Source: Zygnema circumcarinatum SAG 698-1b (taxonomy: Eukaryota; Plantae; Zygnematophyceae). Taken from it: a stretch of DNA of 64,000 bases. The stretch covers positions 1,387,492 through 1,451,491 of the forward strand of contig CM074822.1 in assembly GCA_037447605.1 (NCBI GenBank), given 5' to 3'. Made by a program: the position numbers and the translations under genes. Below, in pieces: positions 32,261 through 45,550 of this stretch. Each line of letters starts with the position of its first letter. Position 1 is the first letter of the stretch. The notes beneath the pieces are model-generated. The model saw nothing but the letters and a program-made list of their open reading frames with translations, was not told the origin of the DNA and ran no database searches.

Positions 32261-34019
32261 GAGGGAGGGCGCTGCCTTAGTGGGAGTGAGGAGGTTCGTG
32301 GACTCGGAGGGAGAGAACTTCGGCTTTGGATATCAAGGGGAGGAGAGTAGGATTGTTGAGTGGCGGAACTTTGACCGGAATTTGTTTGTTGGGTTTGCAG
32401 CCCAAGAACTTGTAAAAGAGAAATTAGGGTTAGGGTTAGTTTTAGGGCTAGGGTCAGGGTTTAATGGGGCTTCACCTTCAGGAGGGGCTTCAATTAGAGG
32501 CTCTGTGAAGGGGTCTACTCATTAGGGATGATGAATGGGTTTCAGTACAGGAGAGAGGGGAGTGGTAGAGAGGAGGGAGGGAGGGATTGGAGGTCGAGAG
32601 GGAGAGAAACGCTCTCTGTCTCTCTCTTTCTTTGAATTGGGTCTTTTGAATAAGAGCTCTATTGGTAGTGGGCTAAGCCTCTTACCTTAGCAACCGAATA
32701 GGTATTACACGTATTACCTTATTACCTACGACATTTACTAATGGGTTAGACTCCCTCTCTCCCTCTCCCTCTCCCTGTCCCTCTCCCTCTCCCTCTCCCT
32801 CTNNNNNNNNNNCCTCTCCCTCTCCCTCTCCCTCTCCCTCTCCCTCTCCCTCTCCCTCACCCTCACCCTCACCCTCCCTCTCCCTCTCCCTCCCTCTCTC
32901 TCTCTCTCTCCCCCCTCTCCCACTCCCTCCCTCCCTCCCTCCCTCCCTCCCTCCCTCCGTACACTCATGCGAGCCGGCTGTCTCCTTCTGTCTCCTGATC
33001 TTCTCTTCTCTCAGATGCGTTTCATATCTCACTGCCCTCACTCTCGTGCCGTTCCCTCTTCCGCTTCTGCTTTCTACCTGCTTCTACCACTCCTCTTTCC
33101 CAAACTTGCTCGTCCATTACCCAGCTCTCTCCCTCTCCCTCGCTCTGCAGCTCTCCCACGTTCCCATTCCGAGCGGTTTTAGGGTTTTGCTTAACTTGCA
33201 GTTTTAGGATTGCCCCTTTAAATTAAATTCCTTTTGGTACCCCTTATTTTCACTAGAAGAGGAGAGAGTTAATTTAGTGGCACCTAAATGATCTTTAAAA
33301 GGATGAGGTCACGCACTCTCATTCTCAAATTGTGTTCAAATCAATACATGAATAGATGATGCCGATACGCTCTGTCTCTCTCCCTTTCCCTCTCTCACAC
33401 TCTCTCCTCCCGCCCCCACTTCCGCTTCCTCACCCTCTCCAACAGCCTCCCGCCCACACCACACAAAATCTCCCTCTCCAACACCATTTTCCGCACCCTC
33501 TCCCTCTCCCTCGCCGTTTCCCGCTCTCTCTCTCCCTCTACGCCACACTCCTCGCCTTCTTGTTCTCCCTCTCCTTTTTCTCGCCCTCATCCACATCACC
33601 CTCTCCCTCGCCTTCTCCTCTCCTTTCCCTCACCCTCTCCCTCTCCCTCTCCCTCTTCCTCTCCCTCTCCCTGTCCCTCTCCCTCTCCTTTCCAGTACAA
33701 GGTAGCTCTGGTATTGGGTTTCTCTCCGCATGAACCCCACTCTCCCCCCCCTTCCAGCCATTCCACACAAGCACATCTAACGATTAGAATTAAAAGAACA
33801 AATAAAGTGGCTTCCAATATAGCCGTTCAAAGCCCTTGACAAAGCCGTGACATGACATGACCAGTGTACTGATTTTTTACGTCATCGGCCAACCAGAATA
33901 TGGCGTAAAGCGTGCGATATTTTCAACGAATTGGAGAATTGATTCACACGTGTTGTATGTACCAAACCAATTAGAGATTTTTGACTCCCAGTGAGCAAAG
34001 TCCAAGTTAGCTTTTACAT

Positions 34020-34110
34020 TTTGTTTTTAGGTCCCTTGTGACCGTTTTTGTTGGTTCCCCATGCTTTTCCCCCTGTACATTTGATGGCCTCGCCATCTTG
34101 AGATCAATAC
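34020..34110 (+). mobile_element. 3'-end fragment of the CRE-like LINE family
   Basis: gtcccttgtgacc...tgtacatttgatggcctcgccatc matches 42035-42104. Confidence 0.65.
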
Positions 34111-35340
34111 CATATCCTCCTTTCCCAAGCGTGGTACTATTCAGACGAGAGCTGGGTGGGTTTCCATCAGCCCGTTTCGCCAATGTGGCGTTGTCGTGCA
34201 CGACGACCCATGAGTTCCATGAAGCCATTTCCGCTAACGTGGCGCCGACGTGGCTGCCACGTGGTAATGAGGCACCGTTCCACAGAATGCTGCTCCGGAG
34301 GTGGTGTAACGCCATTACGACTATTCGCGCGCCGCCACGTGGCTATGAAAGATTCGGCCGCGTGCGATTGCCACGCTAGCTGGAAGCCTTCAACACGCGG
34401 TGACTGCTGGTCGCGGTCGCGGGTCGCCACAAAGCTTTTTTATGGGGGGCGAGAAAAGAGGTACAGGTCGAGGGAGAGGGAAAGGAAAAGGAAGAGGGAA
34501 GGGGCAGAGAAGGAGGGGTGCGTAGAGAAAACATTGTCTCTTTGTTTTTTTTTCTTTTTCTAATATGAATTGTTTTTGCTTTATCTTTGCCATTTCTTGT
34601 CTCATTTTGTGCCTCTGCAATGTGTAAATGTTTATGTAATAATGTTGTCATGGGGGTGTATGTAATCGATACAAATAAATCCTACTGCAAGGTCAAAAAA
34701 AAATGTGCTATGTACATTCAATGATTTTTTGTGTGATTTCACAGCTCTTTTTGCTTCGAAAAGGCTTTGCCTCCACTGTACCGCTTGCAGCTTTATGCAC
34801 TTTCAGCACTGCCCACAGAAACCAAACTGCTTGAAACCAACATCAAAGGAAAGTGGTTCAAGTTTTGATGGCGGGAGCCTCCGGCTGTGAAATTGCGGGG
34901 CAAACGCCGCGAACGGCGCTGCTGCAAAGGGCAGGTTGCCTCGCAAACGGCGCTGCTGCGAAGGGCAGGGAAGGAGGGAAGCGAAGAGAAGGGAGGGAGG
35001 TAGCGGCTGAAGTTCGCCACCTCCTGGATGTTGAGAATCCGACATTCTCAGTTTTGTCGTACTATTCTGTCGTTTTCCCAGCCACGTGTACTTACACCTG
35101 GCTGTCCTTTTAGCTTGTACTTTCTCAGTTAGTTTAGTTGTGCTTTTGCGGCTCTGTGCTTACACCTAGCCGCCCTTACTCAGGCTAGTTCCACACTCTT
35201 TTGTCGTGTAGCTCTAGCCGCAATGTATATAAAATAGATTAGGACATTGTACTCTTTACCACGTTAATCACACATCTTTTGTGTCAACTCTCTCTGTCCT
35301 CACTTGTGATCGTACAATGTCCACTCCGTCTTTTTCAATA

Positions 35341-35352
35341 GGTTATGGGCCC
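35341..35352 (+). promoter_or_regulatory. Half-tRNA-iMet type primer-binding site GGTTATGGGCCC
   Basis: Directly follows the LTR end. This PBS type is known from Osser, Drosophila copia and Ty5-like elements. Confidence 0.75.
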
Positions 35353-37544
35353 ACTCATGCCTCAAATGCGCTTGAAAAGTTTGATGGGACAAACTGGCAC
35401 GACTGGAAGTTTCAGTGCCAGCAGCTTTTTGAGGAAGAGAATCTGTGGTCTGTCGTTACTGGTTCAGAGATCTGTCCTTTGCCACTTGCCTCCACCGTCG
35501 ACGCGGCCGCCTTGGCTGCACGCACGAAGGAGATCGCCGATTGGACAAAACGCGACAAGAAGGCGTTCGTNNNNNNNNNNCCTTGGTCCCGCCGCCGTCG
35601 CCCGCCGTACACCCCTCTCTTCACCCCGGCTTCCCCCCCCTTGCCGGCCCGCCTCCAACCCCGGGTGTCGTCTATGGTGCTCCCGAGTTCGGTCACGCCT
35701 TTCTGGCCGCAGACCCTTTTGGGTATGACCCTTCTCTCCCTGACTCCACTTGGCTTATTGACTCGGGTGCCTCCCATCATCTAACCTTTCGTCGTGACTG
35801 GTTCTCTCGGCTCTCTCCCCTCCCTCTCCCCATGACCATTTTCTTAGGGGATAATCGCTCCTTGGCTGCAACGCATGTCGGCCAGGTTTCCACTCTAATT
35901 GACGGCCAGCGCTTCATCATCGATGACGTCTACCTGGTGGATGGCCTAGCGAAGAATCTGTTTTCAGTAGCCTCTATCCTGATTTTAGGCATTTCAGCTC
36001 TCTTTAGGCCAGACGGGGTCACCTTCTTCACCCCAGACGCTGTAGTTGGGCACGGCCGCAAAACTGGCCGCTTGTTTTCCCTTACCTCTTTTGCGGCCTC
36101 CCTTGGGCACGCCCATGCTCACACCACTGACCCCCCCCTTACCTTTGCTCGGTGGCACCTTCGCTTTGGCCACCTTGCTGAAAGTAGCCTCAGAACTCTC
36201 GGACAGGGCTTAGTGTTAGGTTTAGACTCTTTCTCCACCGAAAAGTTAGACTTTTGTTCAGGCTGTATTCAAGGAAAAATGACCAGATTGCCTTTTCCCT
36301 CAAGCTCCACCCTTGTCTCTGAGCCTCTGGCACTCATTCATTCTGATGTCTGTGGCCCTATGCGCGATGTTAGCCTCGGCGGCGCATCATACTTTGTCAC
36401 TTTCATTGACCAAGCGACTCATTTTTCCCATGTTTTTCCCATCGCTCACAAGTCTGACGTTTTCTCCCGCTTCCAAGAGTTCAAAGCCCGTGCAGAGACC
36501 CTTCTCGGCCGCCGCATCAAGACCCTTCGNNNNNNNNNNAAAAACAACACGTGGGACCTTGTCCCCCTTCCACCCGGCCGTCGCGCCATCGGCTCTAAAT
36601 GGGTCTTTAAAATCAAACAAAAATCCGACGGCTCGGTTGACCGCTACAAAGCCCGTTTTGTAGCCAAGGGGTTCTCTCAGCTCGAAGGCATCGACTTCAC
36701 CGAAACTTATGCCCCGGTGGCCAAATTCACCTCCATTCGCGTCCTCCTTGCCCTCTCCGCCACTCACGATTGGGAAATTCACCAGATGGATGTCAAAACC
36801 GCCTTCCTCTACGGGGACCTTCAAGAAACGATTTTTATGCGCCAACCCGACGGGTATGTCACTCCCGGCACCGAACACCTCTTCTGCCGCCTCAACAAAT
36901 CCATCTATGGCCTCCTGCAAGCACCACGCGTCTGGAACCGCACTTTGGATGCTGTCCTTCTTACCAGCGGCTTCTCTCGGGCTGATGCCGATTTCAGCAT
37001 CTATCTTCGTGGCCACGGTCAGACCCTCACCATCCTTGCCGTTTACGTTGATGACTTAATTATCTGTGGTCCCTCTCTTTCCCCCATTTCGGATGTCAAA
37101 AAGCTCCTTCGCAGCCATTTTGACATGACGGACCTCGGCGAACTGCAATGGTGTCTCGGGATTCACGTCATTCGAGATCGGGCTGCTCGGACCCTTCACC
37201 TCAGTCAGGAAAAGTATGTTTCCGATCTCCTTGACCGATTTGGGATGGCCGCTTGCAACCCCATCTCCACCCCCCTTGACGCCCACATTCACCTTACCTC
37301 CCTTGTGGCTGGCTCCCCCGACCCCACAGAGCATGCCACTTACCGATCCATCGTGGGATCTCTTATGTATGCAATGCTGTGTACCCGGCCCGACCTAGCT
37401 GCCGCCGTCGGGCAGCTCAGCCAATACCTTCACCGCCCCTCTTCTGCTCACTTCAGCGCTGCCAAGCGTGTCCTTCGCTACCTTCAGGGCACCAAGGCCC
37501 TGAGCCTTACCTTCTCCTCTGGCTCCCCCACCCTCGTTGGCTAT
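35345..37544 (+). CDS. Copia polyprotein (Gag-PR-INT-RT-RH), interrupted by four N gaps
   Basis: DGTNWHDWKF (Gag); WLIDSGASHHL (PR); WHLRFGHL, CSGC and IHSDVCGPM (INT); NNTWDLV and YVDDLII (RT); LVGY (RH start). Confidence 0.92.
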
Positions 37545-37746
37545 NNNNNNNNNNGTCGTTTTCCCAGCCACGTGTACTTACACCTGGCTGTCCTTTTAGC
37601 TTGTACTTTCTCAGTTAGTTTAGTTGTGCTTTTGCGGCTCTGTGCTTACACCTAGCCGCCCTTACTCAGGCTAGTTCCACACTCTTTTGTCGTGTAGCTC
37701 TAGCCGCAATGTATATAAAACAGATTAGGACATTGTACTCTTTACC

Positions 37747-40700
37747 TCTTTTATATTTGCCAAATACAATATTTTCGGATGTAAACCCTTACGAACGGCG
37801 CTTCCGACCGTTGCGCCTGCTGCCGCCGCCTCTGCCGCGGCCACGTGGCAGCCTCTCGTCGTTGTCTTTGCGTTTTTCTGTCGCGTGTCTTGCTGCATTG
37901 CTCTGTTTTTGTTGCTTGTGCTTCTTTTTGTTTTTTGTTTTTTGTTTTTGGCTGTTTTGCTGCTGTTTTGCTGCGGTTTTTTCTGTTCTAACGTTTCTCG
38001 CCTTGTTTTCTGACATTTTCTGCCGTAGCTTGCCTTGCTGTGTTGCGTTTTTCCTTTTCTCTCCCCCTCTGCGTCCCTTCGTCCTTGTGCTTCTTCTTTT
38101 TGAGCTGCTCTCGCCTTTTATGCCCTTTCCATCCTTTTTCTGCTTGTTTTCTCCTTCCTTTCCCTTCGCCCATCCCTTCTCCTCCCTGGTCCCTTCCCTT
38201 CCCTTCCTTTCCTTATTCCTCCACCTCTGTTCCTTTTATCCCTTCCCTTCCAATCCCCTTCAGCACAGTCACCTTCCTTTTCCTTCTCCCCTTCTCACTT
38301 CCCTCCCCTTCCTTCTCCTTCCCTTCCTTCCCTCTTCCCTCCCCGTTTCTCCTCCTCCCCTTTCCTTTCCCTCCTCCCTTCCTTTCCCATCCCCTTCCTT
38401 TCCCGTATTCCCCCCTTTCTTCTCCCTTCTCTCTTCTCTTTCCTGTCCCTTCTCTTCCCTCCTCTTCCCTTCCCTTTCCCCCCCGCCTCCCCTCCCTTTC
38501 TTTCCCTCCCCTTCCTTTACCCCTTCCCTTCCATCCCCTTCCCTTGTCCTTTCCCCTTTCCCTTCTTTTCCGTACCCTTATTCCTCTCGCCATTCCTTTC
38601 CTTTCCTCTCCCTCCCCTTCCCGTCCCTTCCCTTCCCTTCCCTACCCTTCCCTCCCCTTTCTCCTCCCCGCCAACCCGCTTCCCTCCCCTCATCCATTTC
38701 CTTCTCCTTCGTCATGCCTCTTCGTCGCTCCTCTCGTTCCCCTTCCCCTTCCCACCCCCTTGCCTTGTCATCTGCTGTTGTTCTTCCCCCTCCTGTCCGT
38801 TCTTCCCCTCTTCCTTCTTCCCCTCTTGCTGCTCGCCCCAGGCCTCTCCCCCGGGTTCCTTGTGATCATTGTGGAAATTGTTTTGGTCAGGGTGCGGGTT
38901 TGTCCCGGCATATGCGCGCGTGTCCTCTTCGTCCTCCTCCCATCGTCAACCCTTCTTCTACTCCCTCTTCTTCTGTACCCGTCACTGCCACCCCTGGGTC
39001 TGCTTTGCATGTCGGGCCTAGCCCGGCTGCTTGGGCGTATGCTCGGTCTTTAGATGTCCTTGGGTCGTTTTTTGTTGGGTCCCGTCGTCCTCGTCTTTAC
39101 GCTCGTATCCCACGGGCTTTGCACTTTTACATTTTGTGTTACCGTGATGCTTTCGCGTTTGCCTCTTGCTGCGTCTTGCATGTGATCCATCGATGTTCTT
39201 TGCATAGCATGTCCTTCTTCTTTTCCCCCTTTGGGTTTTAATTTTACTTACTCCTGCATTGGTGGGGCGGTACATTCATGAGACCACGTCGGCCCGGTGT
39301 CTTGGATTTTTGGGTGGGGATTGAGGGCTTTTGCCCGGTAGAAACCGCGTGATGCGCGTGCGTGCCACAATGCGTCGGCCTCCGCCCGCCACTCCGCTTC
39401 CGGACGCCACCGATATGCGACATCGTCGAGGCAGTTCGGTCGTAGATGCGAGGGATTGTCTCAGCGTGCTTCGGCTATTGCCGACCCTTCGCCTTTGCCA
39501 GGCCAACAAGCGACACTTTGGATCGCGCCCGGTTCTCATCGGATCGTGCCGGATGTCCAGCTTCTAACTCGCCGACGCACGAGCACATGCGACTTCGTTT
39601 GTCGCTTGATCGTCGCGAAATTTAAATTCGGAAGTAACCTTTCATCCCCTCATTTGTTTGCGGGGGCCTTGAACATAGTTTATGGTTCTTGCATTGATGT
39701 GTTTTCTCCGGACACGGGGATAGTGGGTTTGGTTTGCTTTTTCAGCTTGCTTGTGTAATATCGCAGGGTCGTGTGCCCTCGTCCGTGAGTTATATCCTTA
39801 CGTCCGCTCGTTTGGTTTGCCCTTGCCAAGCCCGCAGGGGGAGTTCGCCCAATAGCCGTAGGGGAGGTTTTGTATGGCATGGTTGCTTTCGGCTATGTGT
39901 TTTGATTACAGGGGCCTTTGAGGGACCATTTTCCCCTTGCTCGGTTTGGTGTGGCGACCCCTGGGGGCTGCAAGGCCGTAGTTCATGGCATTCGTGCGAC
40001 GTTGGATCTTCACCCTGATTGGGTTGTTTTGCAGGTTGATGTGACTAATGCTTTTAATACGGTGGATCGTCATGAGATTTTTTAGCGAGTTACGAGGCCC
40101 GGCGCGATTCGTCCACTTTTTCCTTTTGTCGCACATTTTATTTCGTTCCGGGCCGGCTCTTTTCCTCTTGGCGATGAGTCTGGTGGAGTGGCGACCTTGG
40201 GTCTCTTTGACGGGACCGCCAAGGCGATATAAGCGGTCAATTTTGTTGGCTTTAAAAACATTCGATGCGCTTGACCGGTAGCGAGGGCTTTTCAGGCTGC
40301 CTTTTTCCATCGGTGGCCGACGATACTCATATCATTGGCCCTGCTGACCAGGTCGTTGCCGCGTTTACTGATTTTACTACTCGATTGGCCGCTATGCGTT
40401 TGACGGTAAATTTGTCGAAGTGTTTTGCTTGGTCTCCGGTTGGTATCCCTTCTACCCTTTCGCTCCCTTGTGGTATCGGACTTGTCTTGATGGAATTGGT
40501 ATTTTGATGCGTGTTTTAGTGGGCACTGATTGCATCTTATGTTGATCGTTTTGTTGATGATGCTTTGGTTGAGGATACGTCTCGGGTCGATGAGCTTCCA
40601 CATCTTTCGGATCCTCGGTGGCTTTTTCTTTGCTTACTTTCGTTGTTTTGCTGCGTCGGTCGTACCTTTGCGAACTCTCCCTCCTAACCACCTTTCGCGC

Positions 40701-42129
40701 CAGGTCATTCGCGATCTTTCGATGGCGTTTGTTTTCTGTATGTCGCCGCGCTGGGTCACGGTATTTTTGATCGGCCGGAGGTCGACTGCTGTCACGCAAG
40801 CCTCGCTCCCTATTTGCGGCCCGGGCGGTTTAGGACTCATCCCGGCCGATTCGTGGTAAAGCCCTCTCTGCTGCGTTTTGGGTAGTTGAGAACAGCATTT
40901 GCTCTGAAATTTTGGCTTGGCGTTTTTATTGTGTACGATGTCCAGTTGCTTGATCTGTTATTAGCTCATGTTGATGATGGTGATCTTCCGTTTGAGGTTG
41001 CATTCGCGTGGTACCCATGGTTTTGCTTCACGCTGGTGCTGGGAATTTCGTGTGTGCCCCATTTGTTAAGCTTGCCGTCGAGTGTTCCGCGTGTCGACTC
41101 GCTTTGGCCCGGGGTTGTTCTTTGCTTGAGTTTTCTTCCCTTATTGCGGCTCTTCAGCCGATATTCTGCATTCTTTCGGCCTTACCGTTCTTTAATGCGG
41201 TCACGGAATTTGGGGCAGCGGATTTGTTTATTACCCGATATTTTGTACCGTTTGACCCCAGGCCGGTTTACGCGGTAGCGACGATCTCGGGCTCCCCCGT
41301 CCAGCCATTCTGCGGGGGTTCTCCTCGTTGTGTTTGTGGTGATTCGATTGATGCGCTAAGGCGCCATCTTCTTCATGCTATTACGGGGGGCGGTAATCGT
41401 ATTTTGCTCATAATGCTGATGCTGGCGCGACAGTTTCGCGTGTGGCTCGCTGAAGCTAACTACCTTTAGCGACGGAGCCGAAAGCTAATTTGGTGTCCCC
41501 ATCGCCGAATTATTCGTGGCGAAGCGTGGAGTTCGCCTCTGATGGTTTCTATGGATGGTGCCCGCGATTTTGGGGATATTGTGTTGGCGATCAACCGGTG
41601 GTATTGTCTCGTGCAGCCCATCATGAAGGCGTGGAAACGCTGTGATGCAAACTTCGCAAGGGCGTGCATATGCTCACCGTGATGCGACGACGAGTTTGTT
41701 CCTATAGCTGTGAGATTTTGGCTGCCTCGACACCCGTTTGGATACCTTCCTTACGCCGATTACCGCCCGCCGGCTCGCCGAGATGCGGCCCGGAAGCCCT
41801 CCTCCCGTGATCTTGGCTACCTTTGCTCGACAGCGTATTTCCGTCGCCCTTCAGCGTTGCCTCGCTTCTACGCTTCTTCGGCGTGCTGCAGTTGTTGGTG
41901 ATCGTGTTGGTGGACTTCCGCCGCTCCCTCCTCGCGACATGCCTCATATCGGTGACCTTCGCGGCTGCTTCTAGGGCTGCATTGTTGTGCCTAGGCGTAG
42001 TTTTCCGCTCCTAGCTTCGTGTTATTGTGTTTTGGTCCTTTGTGACCAGTCCTTCGTGGTTCCACATTTTGCCTTTGTCCATGTACATTTGATGGCCTCG
42101 CCATCGCGAGTTCAATGAAAGTTTCCACC
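37747..42129 (+). mobile_element. Decayed CRE-clade non-LTR retrotransposon (RLE-type) with 7-bp TSD CTTTACC
   Basis: C2H2 finger CDHCGNCF...LSRHMRAC (~38865). RT motifs KPAGGVRPIAVGEV, LQVDVTNAFNTVDR and ADDTHIIGP (39825-40350). CVCG...H zinc knuckle (~41330), and FVPIAV / ISVALQR near the C-terminus. Many frameshifts. TSD at 37740-37746 and 42130-42136. Confidence 0.85.
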
Positions 42130-43164
42130 CTTTACCACGTTAATCACACATCTTTTGTGTCAACTCTCTCTGTCCTCACTTGTGATCGTACAATGTCCAC
42201 TCCGTCTTTTTCAATACTGGAACCCTAAAAAAACCGTCTGCGGCGACGCGCGTCCGGTAAACGCTGTGGGCCACGGCGGACGCTTCAAATTGTGCACGTG
42301 GCGATCGCTGATTGGAAAACGGCGTTTCGAGGCAATACCCTAGGTTTGCAGCCCGCCGCAGGCGCCACCTCGGTGAGTGTACGGACGGTACGAACGGTAC
42401 GAACGAGTACACGCAAGCGCCACGTCGAATTTTGGTTCGCCAGGGAGGATATACGCGGTCCAGACGGACGGACGGGGGGCGGACGACCCGGACGTCCGTC
42501 CCGTCCCGGTTCCGTAAAACTACGCGAGAAGCTTCATGTAGCGCGTTCGTTTTGGGCAGCAAAAAAAAGTCCAACGGTATGTATCGAAAAACGATATGGT
42601 ATCGGCCGATATCGGTGTCGGGCCCTGGGTCAAGGATGGATGGGATGGGCGCCGGATCCGCCGGTGCAGGCTGGCGGGGCGGGGCTAGCTGCAAACAGCA
42701 TAGCGAATCCTCTGACGGATGGAGCCGATGGATTCGAATGCAGGTGATTTTCAGATAACTACTGGCCCTTTCTTTCTTTGATTATTTTTCTTGCAATTTT
42801 ATGGGAGTCCCTTTTTTTTTTTTTTTCTTTTTCTTTTTATTAGGGTGACGGGTTGCTGCCAAGACGGATTGCTGCTAAGTGGCTGGCTGAAATTATTGTC
42901 TTTCTTAACACATCGATTTTTTTCCGTGGATTTTTTCTTTTTCTTTTTTTCTTTCTTACTGCTTTTTTTTCTGACATTTTTTTTTTCTTTCTCTTTCTGT
43001 TTTGTGTATTTAGTGCCACATAATGCCACTGAAATGCAGCGTAGAAGCGGACGAGAGATTCGTATTTCAAATAGAGCAGGAAGAGATAGCGCGGGGCGCG
43101 GTAGCGTGGCTAGCGTTTCCCTCCTTGTACATGCAGTAGGAGGAGACTCCATTCCCGGAGAGGA

Positions 43165-43673
43165 ATGGAGGCAGCTGACATCTGCAAAGCATCCACACTC
43201 CGGCGACTGAGTCTGGAAATTTCTCTTTTGGGAAATCCGCCTCTTCTTCTGCCACCTTCGCAAGGTACCGTAGACATAATTTCTTCTTTCTTTAGTTTGA
43301 AAGATAATGTCAAATTCTTGCCGCCCTTGCAGCCCCTCCCCCGGTCCCCGTCCCCCTCCCCCTTCCCCTCTTCGCCCCCGTCCCTGTACCCGTACCCCTC
43401 CCCCTCCCCCTCCCCCTCCTTCTCCTCCTCCCTCTCCCCCTCCACCTCCCCCTTCCCTTCCGCCTCCTCTCTCTCCTTCCACCTTCCCCTCCTCTTTCTT
43501 TATTTCTCTCCTCTCTTAGCAGTCAAGTTTTTTTATTTTTCAATAACTGCGGCTTGCTTCCCAGGTCTGGATGTCGCCAATAGGAGAGAGCTCAGGGCGC
43601 TCCTTGCAACGGAGTCAAAGCAGCGGGCAACTCTCCTCTGCACTCATTCTGTGGAAGTGGCTGAGGCCCTCGG
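43165..43673 (+). pseudogene. Two exons of a degenerate ABC (ABCA-like) nucleotide-binding domain
   Basis: Exons ...-43264 and 43565-43673 splice in phase 1 to RRLSLEISLLGNPPLLLPPSQ-GLDVANRRELRALL...RATLLCTHSVEVAEAL. D-loop GLD and H-loop THS are present; LSGG and the Walker B DE are missing. Confidence 0.6.
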
Positions 43674-45550
43674 GTATGAAGTACCACCACCACCACTTTT
43701 GATCTATCTATGCATTCACAGAATGTATGTTCAAAAAAAAAATATACTTTAGAGGCCCAGGGTCTACAGCCTGATAGTGATTTCGTGTCACGTCCGCCAA
43801 CCTATTTCTTCTTTCCTCTGTCCCTGTAGTCACTTTTTCCTCCTTTGTAGTATGCTCATTAGGCCTTTTGGCTCTTGGGGTTTCCTCCCCAAGTTTTGTT
43901 CAGGGCTCGTTTTAGTCAACTACTCCTTCAGAAGGCAAGCTGCATGTGTGCCCTGCTCCCCTGTGAGGTAGTTAATGCTTTAGGCTTAGTGGCTACTTCA
44001 CCGTCGCCCATCCATTACCTGCCCTTGGAAGCAAGGCTTTTCGACTGTGACATTTTCCCCACTAGCTCCCTTCCACTTCCTCCTTTTCCTCACGCTTCTG
44101 CCATACAATTGCGCCTGCTGAGCCCGCGTGGGCATCATGCTGAAAGGCGAACTCAAGTGTCAGGGCTCCCCTCCCCTCAGCAGCTCAAGCAGCGTATGGC
44201 TCCACTTACACTCTTCTTAACTCAGCGGCTCCTGAAAGGCTGCGGGAGTCCATAACCACTTTGTTTCCAACACCTCTTGACGAAGAGGACAAGGCTCGCA
44301 ATACTGCTGGCAGCTTAAACTGCAAAAAGTCAACCAAACAGAGAGTAACATTTCAGACTGCTCAGTAAGTCGTTGCCAATGTGATGCCATCAGCATGTAA
44401 AGTCTGGGCAAATCCGTGACTCTCCCACCCTGACGCGTTTCAGAAGGCCTCTAGTGTGGAACCCCCATCACACAGAAAGTAGTTCAGATGTCTATCCTTG
44501 CAATTATCGGACACCAAACTGTAAATCGTAATATACACCAGATAAGCCACGACTGCCTTTGAAAGCTGTCAGCTAAAGCCACACATCAATGGTGCAACAC
44601 AACCTCCAAAATGCCTGTTCGATGCAAGAGGGGAAGGTATCCGACTCGATCAAGCCCAAAGCATGCTTTCTCTAAACCATATGCAGCCAACCCAACCGAG
44701 AGAGAGGCAGATGAGCTTGCCCATTGAAGCAATGATCTATCAAGATAAAGTCAAGATAAGTCTGAGGCAAAAAAAGCATGCCAGCATCCTTTGCAAAAAA
44801 GGAGACAAATGGCGAGATGGATCCACTTCGAGAAGCAAGAACAATCTACTTGTGTTTGATACCGAGAATAGTTGTGGTGTGCAAGCACTTTGAACGGGGG
44901 CAAAGCAAACTTGAGTACACGCCCGCAAGCGTCTTGCGTCTTTGCAGCCTCTTGCCCGAAATACCACCCACCTGTCACAATTCAATCGCAATATCCGTGT
45001 TTACGTTGTGGATCTAAAGGAGATCCCGTTGATTTAAGAGGGCAAGTTAGGAGAGCCAAGAAGTTATCGCTCGAACTTTCTCCTCCACCCACGGTGCTCG
45101 CAGACATGATCTCCAATTCTTCTTACCAAAAGGAAAATGTAAACACAAATTTCCAAAGCAAGACAGAATGCGGAACATGAGACAATGTAAGGAGAAAGCA
45201 CAAAGCCTAAAACTCCTTAATGAATAGAGAAGATTACAATTCAGGCCCCCATAAGCCTGACTGCCCACTTCCTCTATTCCCCCTCTCAAGCCTACTTCAC
45301 TCACTACCACCTGGCAGCCTCTTCAACACATGAAGAGTTGGAAGCAGCTCCCTCCTCGGACACCGCCCAGCAACGTATGCAGAGCTTCACAGTCCAAACT
45401 GAAAGGGTCGGGATAAGTCTTTGTGGTTTTCTATTATTATTGCTACCTTTGCTTCTCGCTCAATATATAGTATAAGGCGTGACGCGACCCGGTCACGTCA
45501 CGGCCGCCCTTGCAGAGCCTTCCGGAAGGCACCCTAAAAACCCTAAAAAC

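Larger units (their letters stand above)
35029..42216 (+). mobile_element. Ty1/Copia LTR retrotransposon with 5-bp TSD CTGGA; 3' LTR split by a LINE
   Basis: 5' LTR is 35029-35340 (TGTTGA...TCAATA). 3' LTR is ~37555-37746 plus 42130-42216. CTGGA occurs at 35024-35028 and 42217-42221. Confidence 0.92.

Noticed and set aside
37709-39241. 510-aa ORF as a host gene
   Set aside because: Mostly CT-rich LINE 5' sequence; only the C2H2 finger near the end is meaningful, and it belongs to the CRE element.
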